Assembly: GCF_017876815.1 (NCBI RefSeq)
Contig: NZ_JAGIOS010000001.1
Span: forward strand, 1,860,001 to 1,892,000
Reading direction: 5' to 3'
Length of the DNA stretch: 32,000 nt
Source of the DNA: Sinorhizobium meliloti
GTDB lineage: Bacteria; Pseudomonadota; Alphaproteobacteria; Rhizobiales; Rhizobiaceae
A model generated the notes under the pieces. It was not told where the DNA came from, did no database searches, and saw nothing but the letters and a program-made list of their open reading frames with translations. Shown in pieces: positions 16,074 through 23,292 of this stretch (its first letter is position 1; every line of letters begins with the position of its first letter). Made by a program: the position numbers and the translations under genes.

Positions 16074-16174
16074 GGAAAAGTGTGTGCGGTTTTCCGCCCG
16101 CATCCCGCTCTTACTTATTAGAATGGATCACCTTCATGATTTACGTTGACCGACCTAAATCATGAAGGTGATCC
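16074..16174 (+). repeat. intergenic repeat, copy B (conserved module plus perfect 18-bp hairpin)
   Basis: Module: ggaaaagtgtgtgcggttttccgcccgcatcc. Hairpin: ggatcaccttcatgattt (16125-16142) pairs with aaatcatgaaggtgatcc (16157-16174). Confidence 0.65.
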
Positions 16175-16213
16175 AGATCTCGAAAATCTAGATTCAAGCG
16201 GGGAGAAACGAGG

Positions 16214-16618
16214 ATGAAAAAGACCCATAAGGGTAGCTGCCACTGTGGACGGATCCGCTTCGAGGTCGATATCGATCTCGAAGCGGGAACCAGCCGCTGC
16301 AATTGCTCATACTGCTCGAAGCTGCGTTATTGGGGCGCAAGCGTGAAACCGGAGGATTTCCGGCTCATGTGCGAGGAGGCAGGCATCGGCGATTACCAGT
16401 TCGGCACGATGAGCGGCCATCATCGGTTCTGCACGGCGTGCGGTGTGACGCCCTATGGCCACGGCTATGTCGAAGAGATCGGCGGTGCCTTCGTCTCCAT
16501 CAATGTCGCATGCCTCGACGGTGTCGATCCGGCCGAGTTTGCGGCCCTGCCGATCCAATATATGGACGGGCTCCACAACAATTGGTGGAACGCACCGGCC
16601 GAGACGCGGCACATGTGA
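16214..16618 (+). CDS. GFA (glutathione-dependent formaldehyde-activating / CENP-V-like) family zinc protein
   Basis: GSCHCGRIRFEV...RCNCSYCSK...HHRFCTACG is the characteristic Cys pattern. GGGGAGAAACGAGG lies before the ATG. Confidence 0.85.
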   Translation: MKKTHKGSCHCGRIRFEVDIDLEAGTSRCNCSYCSKLRYWGASVKPEDFRLMCEEAGIGDYQFGTMSGHHRFCTACGVTPYGHGYVEEIGGAFVSINVACLDGVDPAEFAALPIQYMDGLHNNWWNAPAETRHM

Positions 16619-16636
16619 ATTCACAGCTCCGAAACG

Positions 16637-16666
16637 AAAAGGCTCCCGTCGCTGCGGGAGCCTTTT
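16637..16666 (+). terminator. intrinsic terminator after the GFA gene
   Basis: aaaaggctcccg-tcgctg-cgggagcctttt: 10-12 bp stem flanked by an A run and a T run (can work in both directions). Confidence 0.75.
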
Positions 16667-16699
16667 GGGACAGCTGCAATGCTGTTGAAAGCACTTCCA

Positions 16700-16787
16700 G
16701 GAAAAGTGTGTAACGGTTTTCCGTCCGGAAGTGCGTTGGGTCAAACGGTAGAGCATTTCAGTGTTTCCATGAAACAGTGAAATGCTC
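16700..16787 (+). repeat. intergenic repeat, copy C (conserved module plus 16-bp hairpin abutting the ilvD stop)
   Basis: Module: ggaaaagtgtgtaacggttttccgtccgg. Hairpin: gagcatttcagtgttt (16751-16766) pairs with aaacagtgaaatgctc (16772-16787), one mismatch. Confidence 0.65.
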
Positions 16788-16790
16788 GAC

Positions 16791-18629
16791 TTAACGGTCG
16801 CCCAGATCTCTCACGGCGCCGCGGTCGGCCGATGTCGCGAAGGCCGCATAGGCCTTGAGCGCGGTCGTCACCCGGCGCTTGCGCTGCTCGACCGGCTTCC
16901 AGCCCTTGGCATCCTGTTCGGTGCGGCGTGCGGCAAGCTCGGCCTCGTCCACCCGCAGACTGATGGTGCGGTTCGGAATGTCGATATCGATCATGTCGCC
17001 TTCGCGCACCAGCCCGATCGTTCCGCCATTCGCCGCTTCGGGAGAGACGTGGCCGATCGAAAGACCGGAGGTGCCGCCGGAGAAGCGTCCGTCGGTGATC
17101 AGCGCACAGGCTTTGCCGAGACCCTTCGACTTCAGATAGCTCGTCGGGTAGAGCATTTCCTGCATGCCCGGTCCGCCCTTCGGCCCCTCGTAGCGGATGA
17201 CGACGACGTCGCCGGCCTTGATCTCGTTGGCGAGGATGCCCTTCACGGCTGCGTCCTGGCTCTCGAAGACGCGCGCCGGGCCGGAGAATTTCAGGATGCT
17301 CTCGTCCACGCCCGCGGTTTTCACGATGCAGCCGTCGAGCGCGATGTTGCCCTTGAGTACTGCGAGGCCGCCATCCTTGGAGAAGGGATGTTCGACCGAG
17401 CGGATGACACCGTTTTCGCGGTCTGTATCGAGCTCGTCCCAGCGTGCCTCCTGGCTGAAGGCGACCTGCGTCGGAATGCCTCCGGGAGCGGCGCGGAAGA
17501 ATTTTCGGACAGTGTCGCTCGACGTGCGGGTGATGTCCCAGCGGTCGATCGCGTCGCCGAGCGTCTCGGCGTGGACTGTCGGGCAGTCGCGGTTGATGAG
17601 GCCGCCCTTGTCCAGCTCGCCGAGGATCGACATGATGCCGCCGGCCCTGTGTACGTCTTCCATGTGCACGTCGGCTTTCGCCGGAGCGACCTTCGACAGG
17701 CACGGGACCTTGCGCGACAGCCGGTCGATATCGTCCATGGTGAAGTCGATCTCGCCCTCATAGGCGGCGGCAAGGATGTGGAGCACCGTATTCGTCGAGC
17801 CGCCCATGGCGATGTCGAGCGCCATGGCGTTCTCGAAGGCCTGCTTGGTGGCGATGTTGCGGGGCAGCACCCGCTCGTCCTCCTGCTCGTAATAGCGGCG
17901 CGCCAGGTCGACGATGAGGTGGCCGGCCTCGACGAACAGGCGTTTGCGGTCGGCATGGGTCGCGAGCGTCGAGCCGTTGCCGGGCAGCGACAGACCGAGC
18001 GCCTCGGTCAGACAGTTCATCGAATTGGCCGTGAACATGCCGGAGCAGGAGCCGCAGGTCGGGCAGGCGGAGCGCTCGATGATCTGGACGTCCTCGTCGG
18101 AGACTTTGTCGTCGGCGGCCGCGACCATAGCGTCGACGAGGTCGAGCGCATGCGTCTTGCCGTGCAGCACCACCTTGCCGGCCTCCATCGGCCCGCCGGA
18201 GACGAAGACGGCCGGAATGTTGAGGCGCAATGCCGCCATCAGCATGCCGGGGGTGATCTTGTCGCAATTGGAGATGCAGACCATGGCGTCGGCGCAATGG
18301 GCGTTCACCATATATTCGACGCTGTCGGCGATGATCTCGCGCGAGGGCAGCGAATAGAGCATGCCGTCATGGCCCATGGCGATGCCGTCGTCGACGGCGA
18401 TCGTATTGAATTCCTTGGCGACGCCGCCGGCCGCCTCGATCTCGCGCGCGACGAGCTGGCCGAGGTCCTTCAGATGCACATGGCCCGGCACGAACTGCGT
18501 GAACGAGTTCACCACCGCGATAATAGGCTTGCCGAAGTCGCTGTCCTTCATGCCCGTCGCGCGCCAGAGGCCGCGGGCGCCGGCCATGTTGCGGCCGTGG
18601 GTGGTGGTGCGGGAGCGATAGGCAGGCAT
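16791..18629 (-). CDS. ilvD: dihydroxy-acid dehydratase
   Basis: 612 aa: [27 protein letters not shown]...[13 protein letters not shown]...[15 protein letters not shown]...[17 protein letters not shown]...[19 protein letters not shown] is unmistakably IlvD. Confidence 0.97.
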   Translation of the reverse strand: MPAYRSRTTTHGRNMAGARGLWRATGMKDSDFGKPIIAVVNSFTQFVPGHVHLKDLGQLVAREIEAAGGVAKEFNTIAVDDGIAMGHDGMLYSLPSREIIADSVEYMVNAHCADAMVCISNCDKITPGMLMAALRLNIPAVFVSGGPMEAGKVVLHGKTHALDLVDAMVAAADDKVSDEDVQIIERSACPTCGSCSGMFTANSMNCLTEALGLSLPGNGSTLATHADRKRLFVEAGHLIVDLARRYYEQEDERVLPRNIATKQAFENAMALDIAMGGSTNTVLHILAAAYEGEIDFTMDDIDRLSRKVPCLSKVAPAKADVHMEDVHRAGGIMSILGELDKGGLINRDCPTVHAETLGDAIDRWDITRTSSDTVRKFFRAAPGGIPTQVAFSQEARWDELDTDRENGVIRSVEHPFSKDGGLAVLKGNIALDGCIVKTAGVDESILKFSGPARVFESQDAAVKGILANEIKAGDVVVIRYEGPKGGPGMQEMLYPTSYLKSKGLGKACALITDGRFSGGTSGLSIGHVSPEAANGGTIGLVREGDMIDIDIPNRTISLRVDEAELAARRTEQDAKGWKPVEQRKRRVTTALKAYAAFATSADRGAVRDLGDR

Positions 18630-18784
18630 GAACGTGTTCCTTCACGGACGAATGTCATTAGGCGGATGTGGCGATCGCAGAGCGCCGTTGCAGGGGGTAG
18701 TAGCGCAAAATTGCGCGCGCGTCATCTTCCGCGCCAGATTATTTCCGGGCGGCGCGCGCCAGCGCCGGCGCGGCTCCGCGCAAG

Positions 18785-18809
18785 AAAAAAGGCCGGGCTG
18801 AACCCGACC
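18785..18809 (-). terminator. orphan intrinsic terminator about 160 nt upstream of ilvD, same orientation as ilvD
   Basis: The minus strand reads ggtcggg-ttcag-cccggcc followed by TTTTTT (A run 18785-18790 on the + strand). One G-U pair on the minus strand would be a C-A mismatch on the + strand, so it is minus-specific. Confidence 0.6.
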
Positions 18810-19018
18810 TTCCTCAACACCTTCAGCCAATGCCAGTACATCCGTGGTCAATGGCGAGGTAGGTATCTCTTAACAGGCGAACATGAAGAACGCGTGACAA
18901 CGCTTCGGAAAACCCGAGCGCTTTCGACAGGCTAGCAGAATCGCCGCCGTTCAAAGTTCCGGTCTCGGCTTCAGTTGCTTGTGTCGGCCGGCGCGTGCAG
19001 TGGAAGTTGGGGGAATTG

Positions 19019-19051
19019 AAAAAGGGCTTGCGGTTTCCCGTAAGCCCTTTT
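19019..19051 (-). terminator. stem-loop with flanking A and T runs directly downstream of tRNA-Val (bidirectional potential)
   Basis: aaaaa-gggcttgcgg-tttc-ccgtaagccc-tttt. 10-bp stem: 9 bp plus A-C on the minus strand, or 9 bp plus G-U on the + strand. Confidence 0.65.
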
Positions 19052-19061
19052 GAAACTTGGA

Positions 19062-19136
<75 letters not shown>

Positions 19137-19149
19137 ATCCGATGCGGCG

Positions 19150-19179
19150 CATAGACCACAGAACCGGCGCCCGCGTCAA
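19150..19179 (-). promoter_or_regulatory. putative sigma-70 promoter of tRNA-Val
   Basis: Minus strand: TTGACG (19179->19174), N18, TCTATG (19155->19150). It ends about 13 nt before the mature 5' end of the tRNA. Confidence 0.4.
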
Positions 19180-19302
19180 TAGGCTTTTCGAAGGTTTTTT
19201 GACAGAAATTGCGCAGGGTCTGAGCGGCGTGATTTCAGGGGTATCGGCGTTCTTTTCGGACATCCCGAAGTTCCGTCGAGCGCGCTAAGGCGTTGAAATA
19301 AC

Positions 19303-19339
19303 GAAGCCGCCATCGATGCTGATGATCGAGGGCGGCTTC
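19303..19339 (-). terminator. long stem-loop downstream of cpdR (possible terminator)
   Basis: gaagccgcc...ggcggcttc is a 9-bp outer stem with inner tcgat/atcga pairing. On the minus strand it is followed by gttatttc. Confidence 0.35.
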
Positions 19340-19420
19340 GAGGCAATGCTTGCGCGGAAGGAGCCTTTGGCCTTCGGCGAAGGGTGCGCGGGAAAGCTGC
19401 GGCGCACATATGTTCGCTGC

Positions 19421-19783
19421 TCAGGCGGCCAGCATCTTGTTGACCTCGTTGACGAGGTCGCGCAGGTGGAAGGGCTTGGAAAGGACCTTGGCGTCTTTCG
19501 GCGCCTTGGAATCCGGGTTCAGCGCAACGGCGGCGAAGCCGGTGATGAACATCACTTTCAGGTCGGGGTCGAGTTCGGTCGCGCGGCGCGCGAGTTCGAT
19601 GCCGTCCATCTCCGGCATGACGATGTCGGTCAGGAGAAGCGAAAAGGGTTCTTCGCGAAGCCGGTCATAGGCGCTGGCGCCGTTGTCATAGGAAAGAACC
19701 TTGTAGCCGGCTTTTTCCAGCGCCTTCACAAGAAACCGGCGCATGTCGTTGTCGTCTTCGGCAAGGAGGATTTTCGCAGTCAT
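19421..19783 (-). CDS. cpdR: single-domain response regulator of the CpdR type (ClpXP adaptor/cell-cycle)
   Basis: The 120-aa receiver-only protein MTAKILLAEDDNDMRRFLVKALEKAGYKV...LLLTDIVMPEMDGIELARRATELDPDLKVMFITGFAAVAL...VLSKPFHLRDLVNEV closely matches my memory of alpha-proteobacterial CpdR/CpdR1. Confidence 0.8.
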   Translation of the reverse strand: MTAKILLAEDDNDMRRFLVKALEKAGYKVLSYDNGASAYDRLREEPFSLLLTDIVMPEMDGIELARRATELDPDLKVMFITGFAAVALNPDSKAPKDAKVLSKPFHLRDLVNEVNKMLAA

Positions 19784-19955
19784 ATCTGGCCGTGGCTACT
19801 TCTTCTGGGTGCTGGTGGATTGCGGCAGCTCAGCAAACCGCAACATGGTAAATATCTGGTGAACGGGCGCGATCAAGTCCCTTGAACCAGCGGGCGGCCA
19901 CTATGGACACAGAGGCGACCAACTGGCAACATGATCTGAATAGCAAGAACCGGAC

Positions 19956-20855
19956 ATGGTAAAAAGGGTTCCGATGGGGGAAGCGGTTGAGTGGGAGTTT
20001 TTCGAGGTTCTGGAACCCGCAAGCCAGAGGATACCTTTCGTTTTCAACTCCCCGCACAGCGGCCGGCATTATCCCCAGTTCTTTCTCGACCAGTCGCGCC
20101 TCGATCCGCATTCCATTCGCCGTTCCGAAGACCATTTCGTCGATGAACTGTTCCGCAGCGCCACGTTTCTGGGGGCGCCCTTGCTCCGGGCGCATTTCCC
20201 GCGTGCCTTCCTGGACGTAAACCGCGAACCCTACGAACTCGACCCGCGCATGTTCGACGGCGCCTTGCCGCCGCACGCCAATATCAGTTCGATGCGCGTC
20301 GCCGGCGGCCTCGGCACCGTGCCGCGCCTCGTCGCCGAGAATATGGAAATATATCGTGGCCGTTTTCCGGTCGAGCAGGCGCTCGAGCGCATCGAGACGA
20401 TCTACAAGCCCTATCATGCGACGCTCAGAAAGCTGATCGCCCGCACCCATGTCGAGTTCGGGATGTCGATCCTCATCGACTGCCACTCGATGCCGGGCAA
20501 CGTGCATCTGCCGGGAAGCGGCCATCGCCCGGACTTCATTATCGGCGACCGCTACGGAACGAGCGCGGCGGCGGAACTGTCCCGGGTGGCGGTGGAGCTT
20601 CTGGAGCAACTCGGCTATGCGGTCGCGCGCAACAAGCCCTATGCCGGCGGCTTCATCACGGAACATTATGGCCGTCCGACGCGCGGACTGCATGCGTTGC
20701 AGATCGAAATCAACCGCGGCCTCTATGTCGACGAGGCAACCCTGATCAAAAAGCCGGGATTCGCAGCTCTCGAGGCCGACCTCGCAACCTTCATCGCGGC
20801 GCTCGCGCGGCACGTCGAGGATTTCGGCGCCTATCTGCCGCTGGCCGCGGAATAA
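19956..20855 (+). CDS. N-formylglutamate amidohydrolase (FGase) family protein
   Basis: PFVFNSPHSGRHYP...RSEDHFVDELF...REPYELD...LIDCHSMPG...DFIIGDRYGTS...NKPYAGGFIT is the FGase family pattern. Alternative ATG 6 codons downstream. Confidence 0.8.
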   Translation: MVKRVPMGEAVEWEFFEVLEPASQRIPFVFNSPHSGRHYPQFFLDQSRLDPHSIRRSEDHFVDELFRSATFLGAPLLRAHFPRAFLDVNREPYELDPRMFDGALPPHANISSMRVAGGLGTVPRLVAENMEIYRGRFPVEQALERIETIYKPYHATLRKLIARTHVEFGMSILIDCHSMPGNVHLPGSGHRPDFIIGDRYGTSAAAELSRVAVELLEQLGYAVARNKPYAGGFITEHYGRPTRGLHALQIEINRGLYVDEATLIKKPGFAALEADLATFIAALARHVEDFGAYLPLAAE

Positions 20856-20899
20856 CAATTCGAAAAGGCTTTTGAGCGCCCGGCGGCGGAACGCTGCTC

Positions 20900-20979
20900 A
20901 AAAAGAACCGCGCCAGCGGCGCGGTCAAGTCTAGGGAGGAAACACCCAAGGAGGGTATTTGCAGCCACGAGTGACTGCA
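20900..20979 (-). ncRNA. mmgR: trans-acting sRNA of the alpha-r8 / MmgR family (~77-80 nt)
   Basis: Minus strand: ...ctgcagtcactcgtggctgcaaataccctccttgggtgTTTCCTCCCTagacttg, then terminator accgcgcc-gct-ggcgcggt plus tcttttt. It contains the 10-mer UUUCCUCCCU (20942->20933) that I recall as the alpha-r8 hallmark. It lies between an FGase-family gene and an IMPase-family gene, as I recall for S. meliloti mmgR. Confidence 0.7.
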
Positions 20980-20985
20980 GAAAAA

Positions 20986-21014
20986 CTGTAATGCTGCGGT
21001 GCACAATTGTCAAG
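20986..21014 (-). promoter_or_regulatory. mmgR promoter
   Basis: Minus strand: CTTGAC (21014->21009), 17 nt, TTACAG (20991->20986). The spacer contains TTGTGCA (21006->21000), which I recall as a conserved heptamer in mmgR promoters. Confidence 0.55.
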
Positions 21015-21156
21015 ATTCGAAGACGCAGACTTTCGTATCGGTGCAGGGTGCGCTCTTCCGACATGCCCATTCAGCGACTGCCGGCGCCGGTCCGGTCGTT
21101 GCCTTTCCCTGAATTTCGTCTATTCAGATCGAACCTCCTCCCTCGCAGAGAGCGAC

Positions 21157-21936
21157 ATGCTGCCCGACCGTACTTTCTTCGACCGTCTCGCCGACGCCGC
21201 CAAGGCCGAAACCATGCCGCGCTTCCGGGTTGGCACGAGTGTTCTCAACAAGCTCGAAGGCGGCTTCGACCCGGTGACGGAAGCCGACAGGTCGGCTGAG
21301 GCGTCGATCCGCGCGCTGATCGAGAGCAGCTTTCCGGAACACGGCATTCTCGGCGAAGAGCACGGCAATATCGGTCTCGACCGCGAACTCGTCTGGGTCA
21401 TCGACCCGATCGACGGGACCCGTGCATTCATCTCCGGCCTGCCGGTGTGGGGCACGCTGATCGGCCTCTACCGGAACGGCAAGGCCGTCATGGGGCTGAT
21501 GGACCAGCCCTTCACCGGCGAGCGTTTTTTCGCCGACGGCGAGAAGGCGCTCTATCGGGGACCTGACGGAGAGAGGGTGCTCGCCACGCGGCCCTGCCAT
21601 GCGCTTTCGGATGCCGTTCTGTTCACGACATCCCCGCACCTCTACACGGGCGAGCTCAAGGAGCGCTTCGAGGCATTGCAGGAGAAGGTGCGGCTCTTCC
21701 GCTACGGCTGCGACTGCTATGCCTTCGCGCTGCTTGCAGCCGGCCATGTCGATCTCGTCGTCGAATGCGGCCTGAAGCCCTACGACGTCGGCGGGCTCAT
21801 TCCGCTGATCGAGCAGGCGGGCGGAATCATCACCGACTGGCAGGGCGGGCCGGCGGAAATGGGCGGCGAAATCATCGCTGCCGGCAGCCGCGAATTGCAT
21901 GCGCAGGCGCTTGAGGCGCTCAAGGGCCGGGTTTAA
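21157..21936 (+). CDS. inositol monophosphatase family protein (possibly HisN-type histidinol-phosphatase)
   Basis: DPVTEADRSAE...ILGEE...WVIDPIDGTRAFISGLPVWGTLIGL...CDCYAFALLAAGHVDLVVE...KPYDV carry the IMPase metal-binding motifs. I prefer the ATG at 21157 (MLPDRTFF). The upstream 50 codons of the track ORF overlap the mmgR promoter region. Confidence 0.8.
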   Translation: MLPDRTFFDRLADAAKAETMPRFRVGTSVLNKLEGGFDPVTEADRSAEASIRALIESSFPEHGILGEEHGNIGLDRELVWVIDPIDGTRAFISGLPVWGTLIGLYRNGKAVMGLMDQPFTGERFFADGEKALYRGPDGERVLATRPCHALSDAVLFTTSPHLYTGELKERFEALQEKVRLFRYGCDCYAFALLAAGHVDLVVECGLKPYDVGGLIPLIEQAGGIITDWQGGPAEMGGEIIAAGSRELHAQALEALKGRV

Positions 21937-22916
21937 GCCTCTTCCAACTGTCGCGGCAGGGACGCGGGGTCCTCCGCATCGGCGCCCGGCAGAAAGGCCA
22001 GGATCGCGGCCATCGCCTGGGCGCGATAGCGGTCGGCCTCCTGCAGGAGTTCGTGCCGCGCGCCGTCGATCGGGATCAGATGCCCCGCACGGAAATTGCT
22101 GGCCAACCGCTCGACCGGGAGATACGGCACGAGCTTATCGGCCGTCGGGGCGAGTATGACGGCCGGTATGGTGATCCTCGTCAGATGTTCGTGCTTGAGG
22201 ACGCGCCGGATCGTTCGGAAGGCCTCGCTCAGCCAGCGGGCCGTGGGCGGTCCGACCCGCAGTTGCGGACGCGCATCGATGAGCGCCAGGTTGCGGGCGT
22301 AGCGCCGGTCGTCCGCGGTCAGAACATTGCCCCTAAAAGGGGTACCGTTGCCTTTGTCGGAACTCAGCGCCAGCCTCCCGAGGCCGATCCAGCGCATGAC
22401 CGTCGCGATCGCTGCGATACCCCGTTCGCCGATCGCCTGGCCCCCCAGACCGACGAAGGGGGCAAGCAGCACCATCCGGTCGATGCGGCTTGCGAGCATG
22501 GGAGCGAGCGACAGGGCGACGAGCGCCCCCATCGAATGGGCGACGATCGAGAAGGGCAGGCGGGTGTCGGGAAGGACGATCTCATCGAGAAAAATCGTCA
22601 GGTCGCGCTCGTAATCGGTGAAATCCTCCACATGGCCGTGGGTCCATTGCGGCGACAGCCGCTCGGAGCCGCCCTGTCCGCGCCAGTCGAAGGTCGCGAC
22701 CCAGAAACCGGCCGCCATGAGATCGCCGATCGTTTCGAAGTATTTCTCGATCGACTCGTTGCGACCCTGCAGCAGGACGATGGTGCCGCGAATGACCGGG
22801 GCCTTCGACCTGAACACCGCGTAGCGGATCTTGCGGTTGCGGGCTCCGTCGAAAAAGCCAACCACCGGATCGCCCGGCATCGGATTTTCCGGCATCGAGT
22901 GAAGGAGCGTGGTCAT
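21933..22916 (-). CDS. alpha/beta hydrolase (lysophospholipase-like)
   Basis: GTIVLLQGRNESIEKY...FDWRGQGGSERL...VAHSMGALVAL is a GxSxG nucleophile elbow. I prefer the ATG at 22916. Its stop overlaps the convergent IMPase stop by 4 nt. Confidence 0.8.
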   Translation of the reverse strand: MTTLLHSMPENPMPGDPVVGFFDGARNRKIRYAVFRSKAPVIRGTIVLLQGRNESIEKYFETIGDLMAAGFWVATFDWRGQGGSERLSPQWTHGHVEDFTDYERDLTIFLDEIVLPDTRLPFSIVAHSMGALVALSLAPMLASRIDRMVLLAPFVGLGGQAIGERGIAAIATVMRWIGLGRLALSSDKGNGTPFRGNVLTADDRRYARNLALIDARPQLRVGPPTARWLSEAFRTIRRVLKHEHLTRITIPAVILAPTADKLVPYLPVERLASNFRAGHLIPIDGARHELLQEADRYRAQAMAAILAFLPGADAEDPASLPRQLEEA

Positions 22917-22973
22917 GGGGCGTGGGCCAGAAGGAACATGCAAGTAGGGATAGGCGGCGGCCCGCCACCCGTC

Positions 22974-23026
22974 AAAGAAAAAAGCCGGAAACGGTGGATG
23001 AAATCCGGACGATCACCGTTTCCGGC
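22974..23026 (-). terminator. strong orphan intrinsic terminator (no CDS upstream of it on the minus strand)
   Basis: Perfect 13-bp stem: gccggaaacggtg (22984-22996) pairs with caccgtttccggc (23014-23026). On the minus strand it is followed by TTTTTTCTTT. Confidence 0.7.
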
Positions 23027-23090
23027 CGCTGAAGGGAGAAGGGACATGTCACTTCAGCCCTGGGAAGACCCAGTGTCTCCTTTCTAGCCC
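22974..23090 (-). ncRNA. candidate novel sRNA (~110 nt) divergent from ibpA; 5' end not determined
   Basis: Minus strand: small hairpin ctggg-tctt-cccag; 7-bp hairpin gctgaag/cttcagc with a 17-nt loop containing CCCUUCUCC (anti-SD-like); then the 13-bp terminator. No plausible CDS. I could not identify a promoter. Confidence 0.35.
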
Positions 23091-23153
23091 ACGGCGGCTG
23101 AACGGCGGCCGAACCCCTCGTTCATCTATTGTTCAGGCGCTGGCGGCATTCCT

Positions 23154-23182
23154 CTTGAACTCGTGCGCGGGCATTCCCATGT
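23154..23182 (+). promoter_or_regulatory. RpoH (sigma-32)-type heat-shock promoter of ibpA
   Basis: CTTGAA (23154-23159), 16 nt, CCCATGT (23176-23182). Compare the sigma-32 consensus CTTGAA-N13-17-CCCCATnT. Confidence 0.55.
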
Positions 23183-23256
23183 CTTCTCCGCGGGCGCCGA
23201 AGAAGGGTCCGTTCACCGGTCGAGCCACAGCCGGAACGGGGTGGCAGGCCAGATAT

Positions 23257-23292
23257 CGCAACCGTTGCTCTTATGGAGGACGACATCATGCG
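23257..23292 (+). promoter_or_regulatory. ROSE-like RNA-thermometer hairpin masking the SD and AUG of ibpA
   Basis: CGCA (23257-60) pairs with UGCG (23289-92, including the UG of the AUG). CGUUGCUC pairs imperfectly with GGAGGACG, including a G-G opposition, around a UUAU loop. UUGCU (23265-69) is the ROSE hallmark opposite the SD GGAGGA (23275-80). Confidence 0.45.

Noticed and set aside
16782-18935. 717-aa + ORF
   Set aside because: It is antisense to ilvD, whose identity is unambiguous.
19830-20858. 342-aa minus ORF
   Set aside because: It is antisense to the FGase-family gene. No motifs.
21007-21156. 50-codon N-terminal extension of the IMPase-family ORF
   Set aside because: It overlaps the mmgR promoter and -35 region on the other strand and is Cys/Arg-rich. 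The conserved IMPase N-terminus begins at MLPDRTFF (21157).
21933-21936. 4-nt overlap of the convergent stop codons of the IMPase and alpha/beta hydrolase genes (TTAA)
   Set aside because: This is a common compact arrangement. No structure or signal is associated with it, so it is not reported as a finding.
22053-23087. 344-aa + ORF
   Set aside because: It is antisense to the alpha/beta hydrolase. Its tail merely crosses the intergenic candidate-sRNA region.
23046-23087. 13-codon + strand mini-ORF (MSLQPWEDPVSPF) with an upstream GGGAGAAGGGA
   Set aside because: It is too short to evaluate. The purine-rich SD-like stretch is simply the complement of the CU-rich loop of the minus-strand hairpin. 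I keep it only as an alternative to the sRNA hypothesis.
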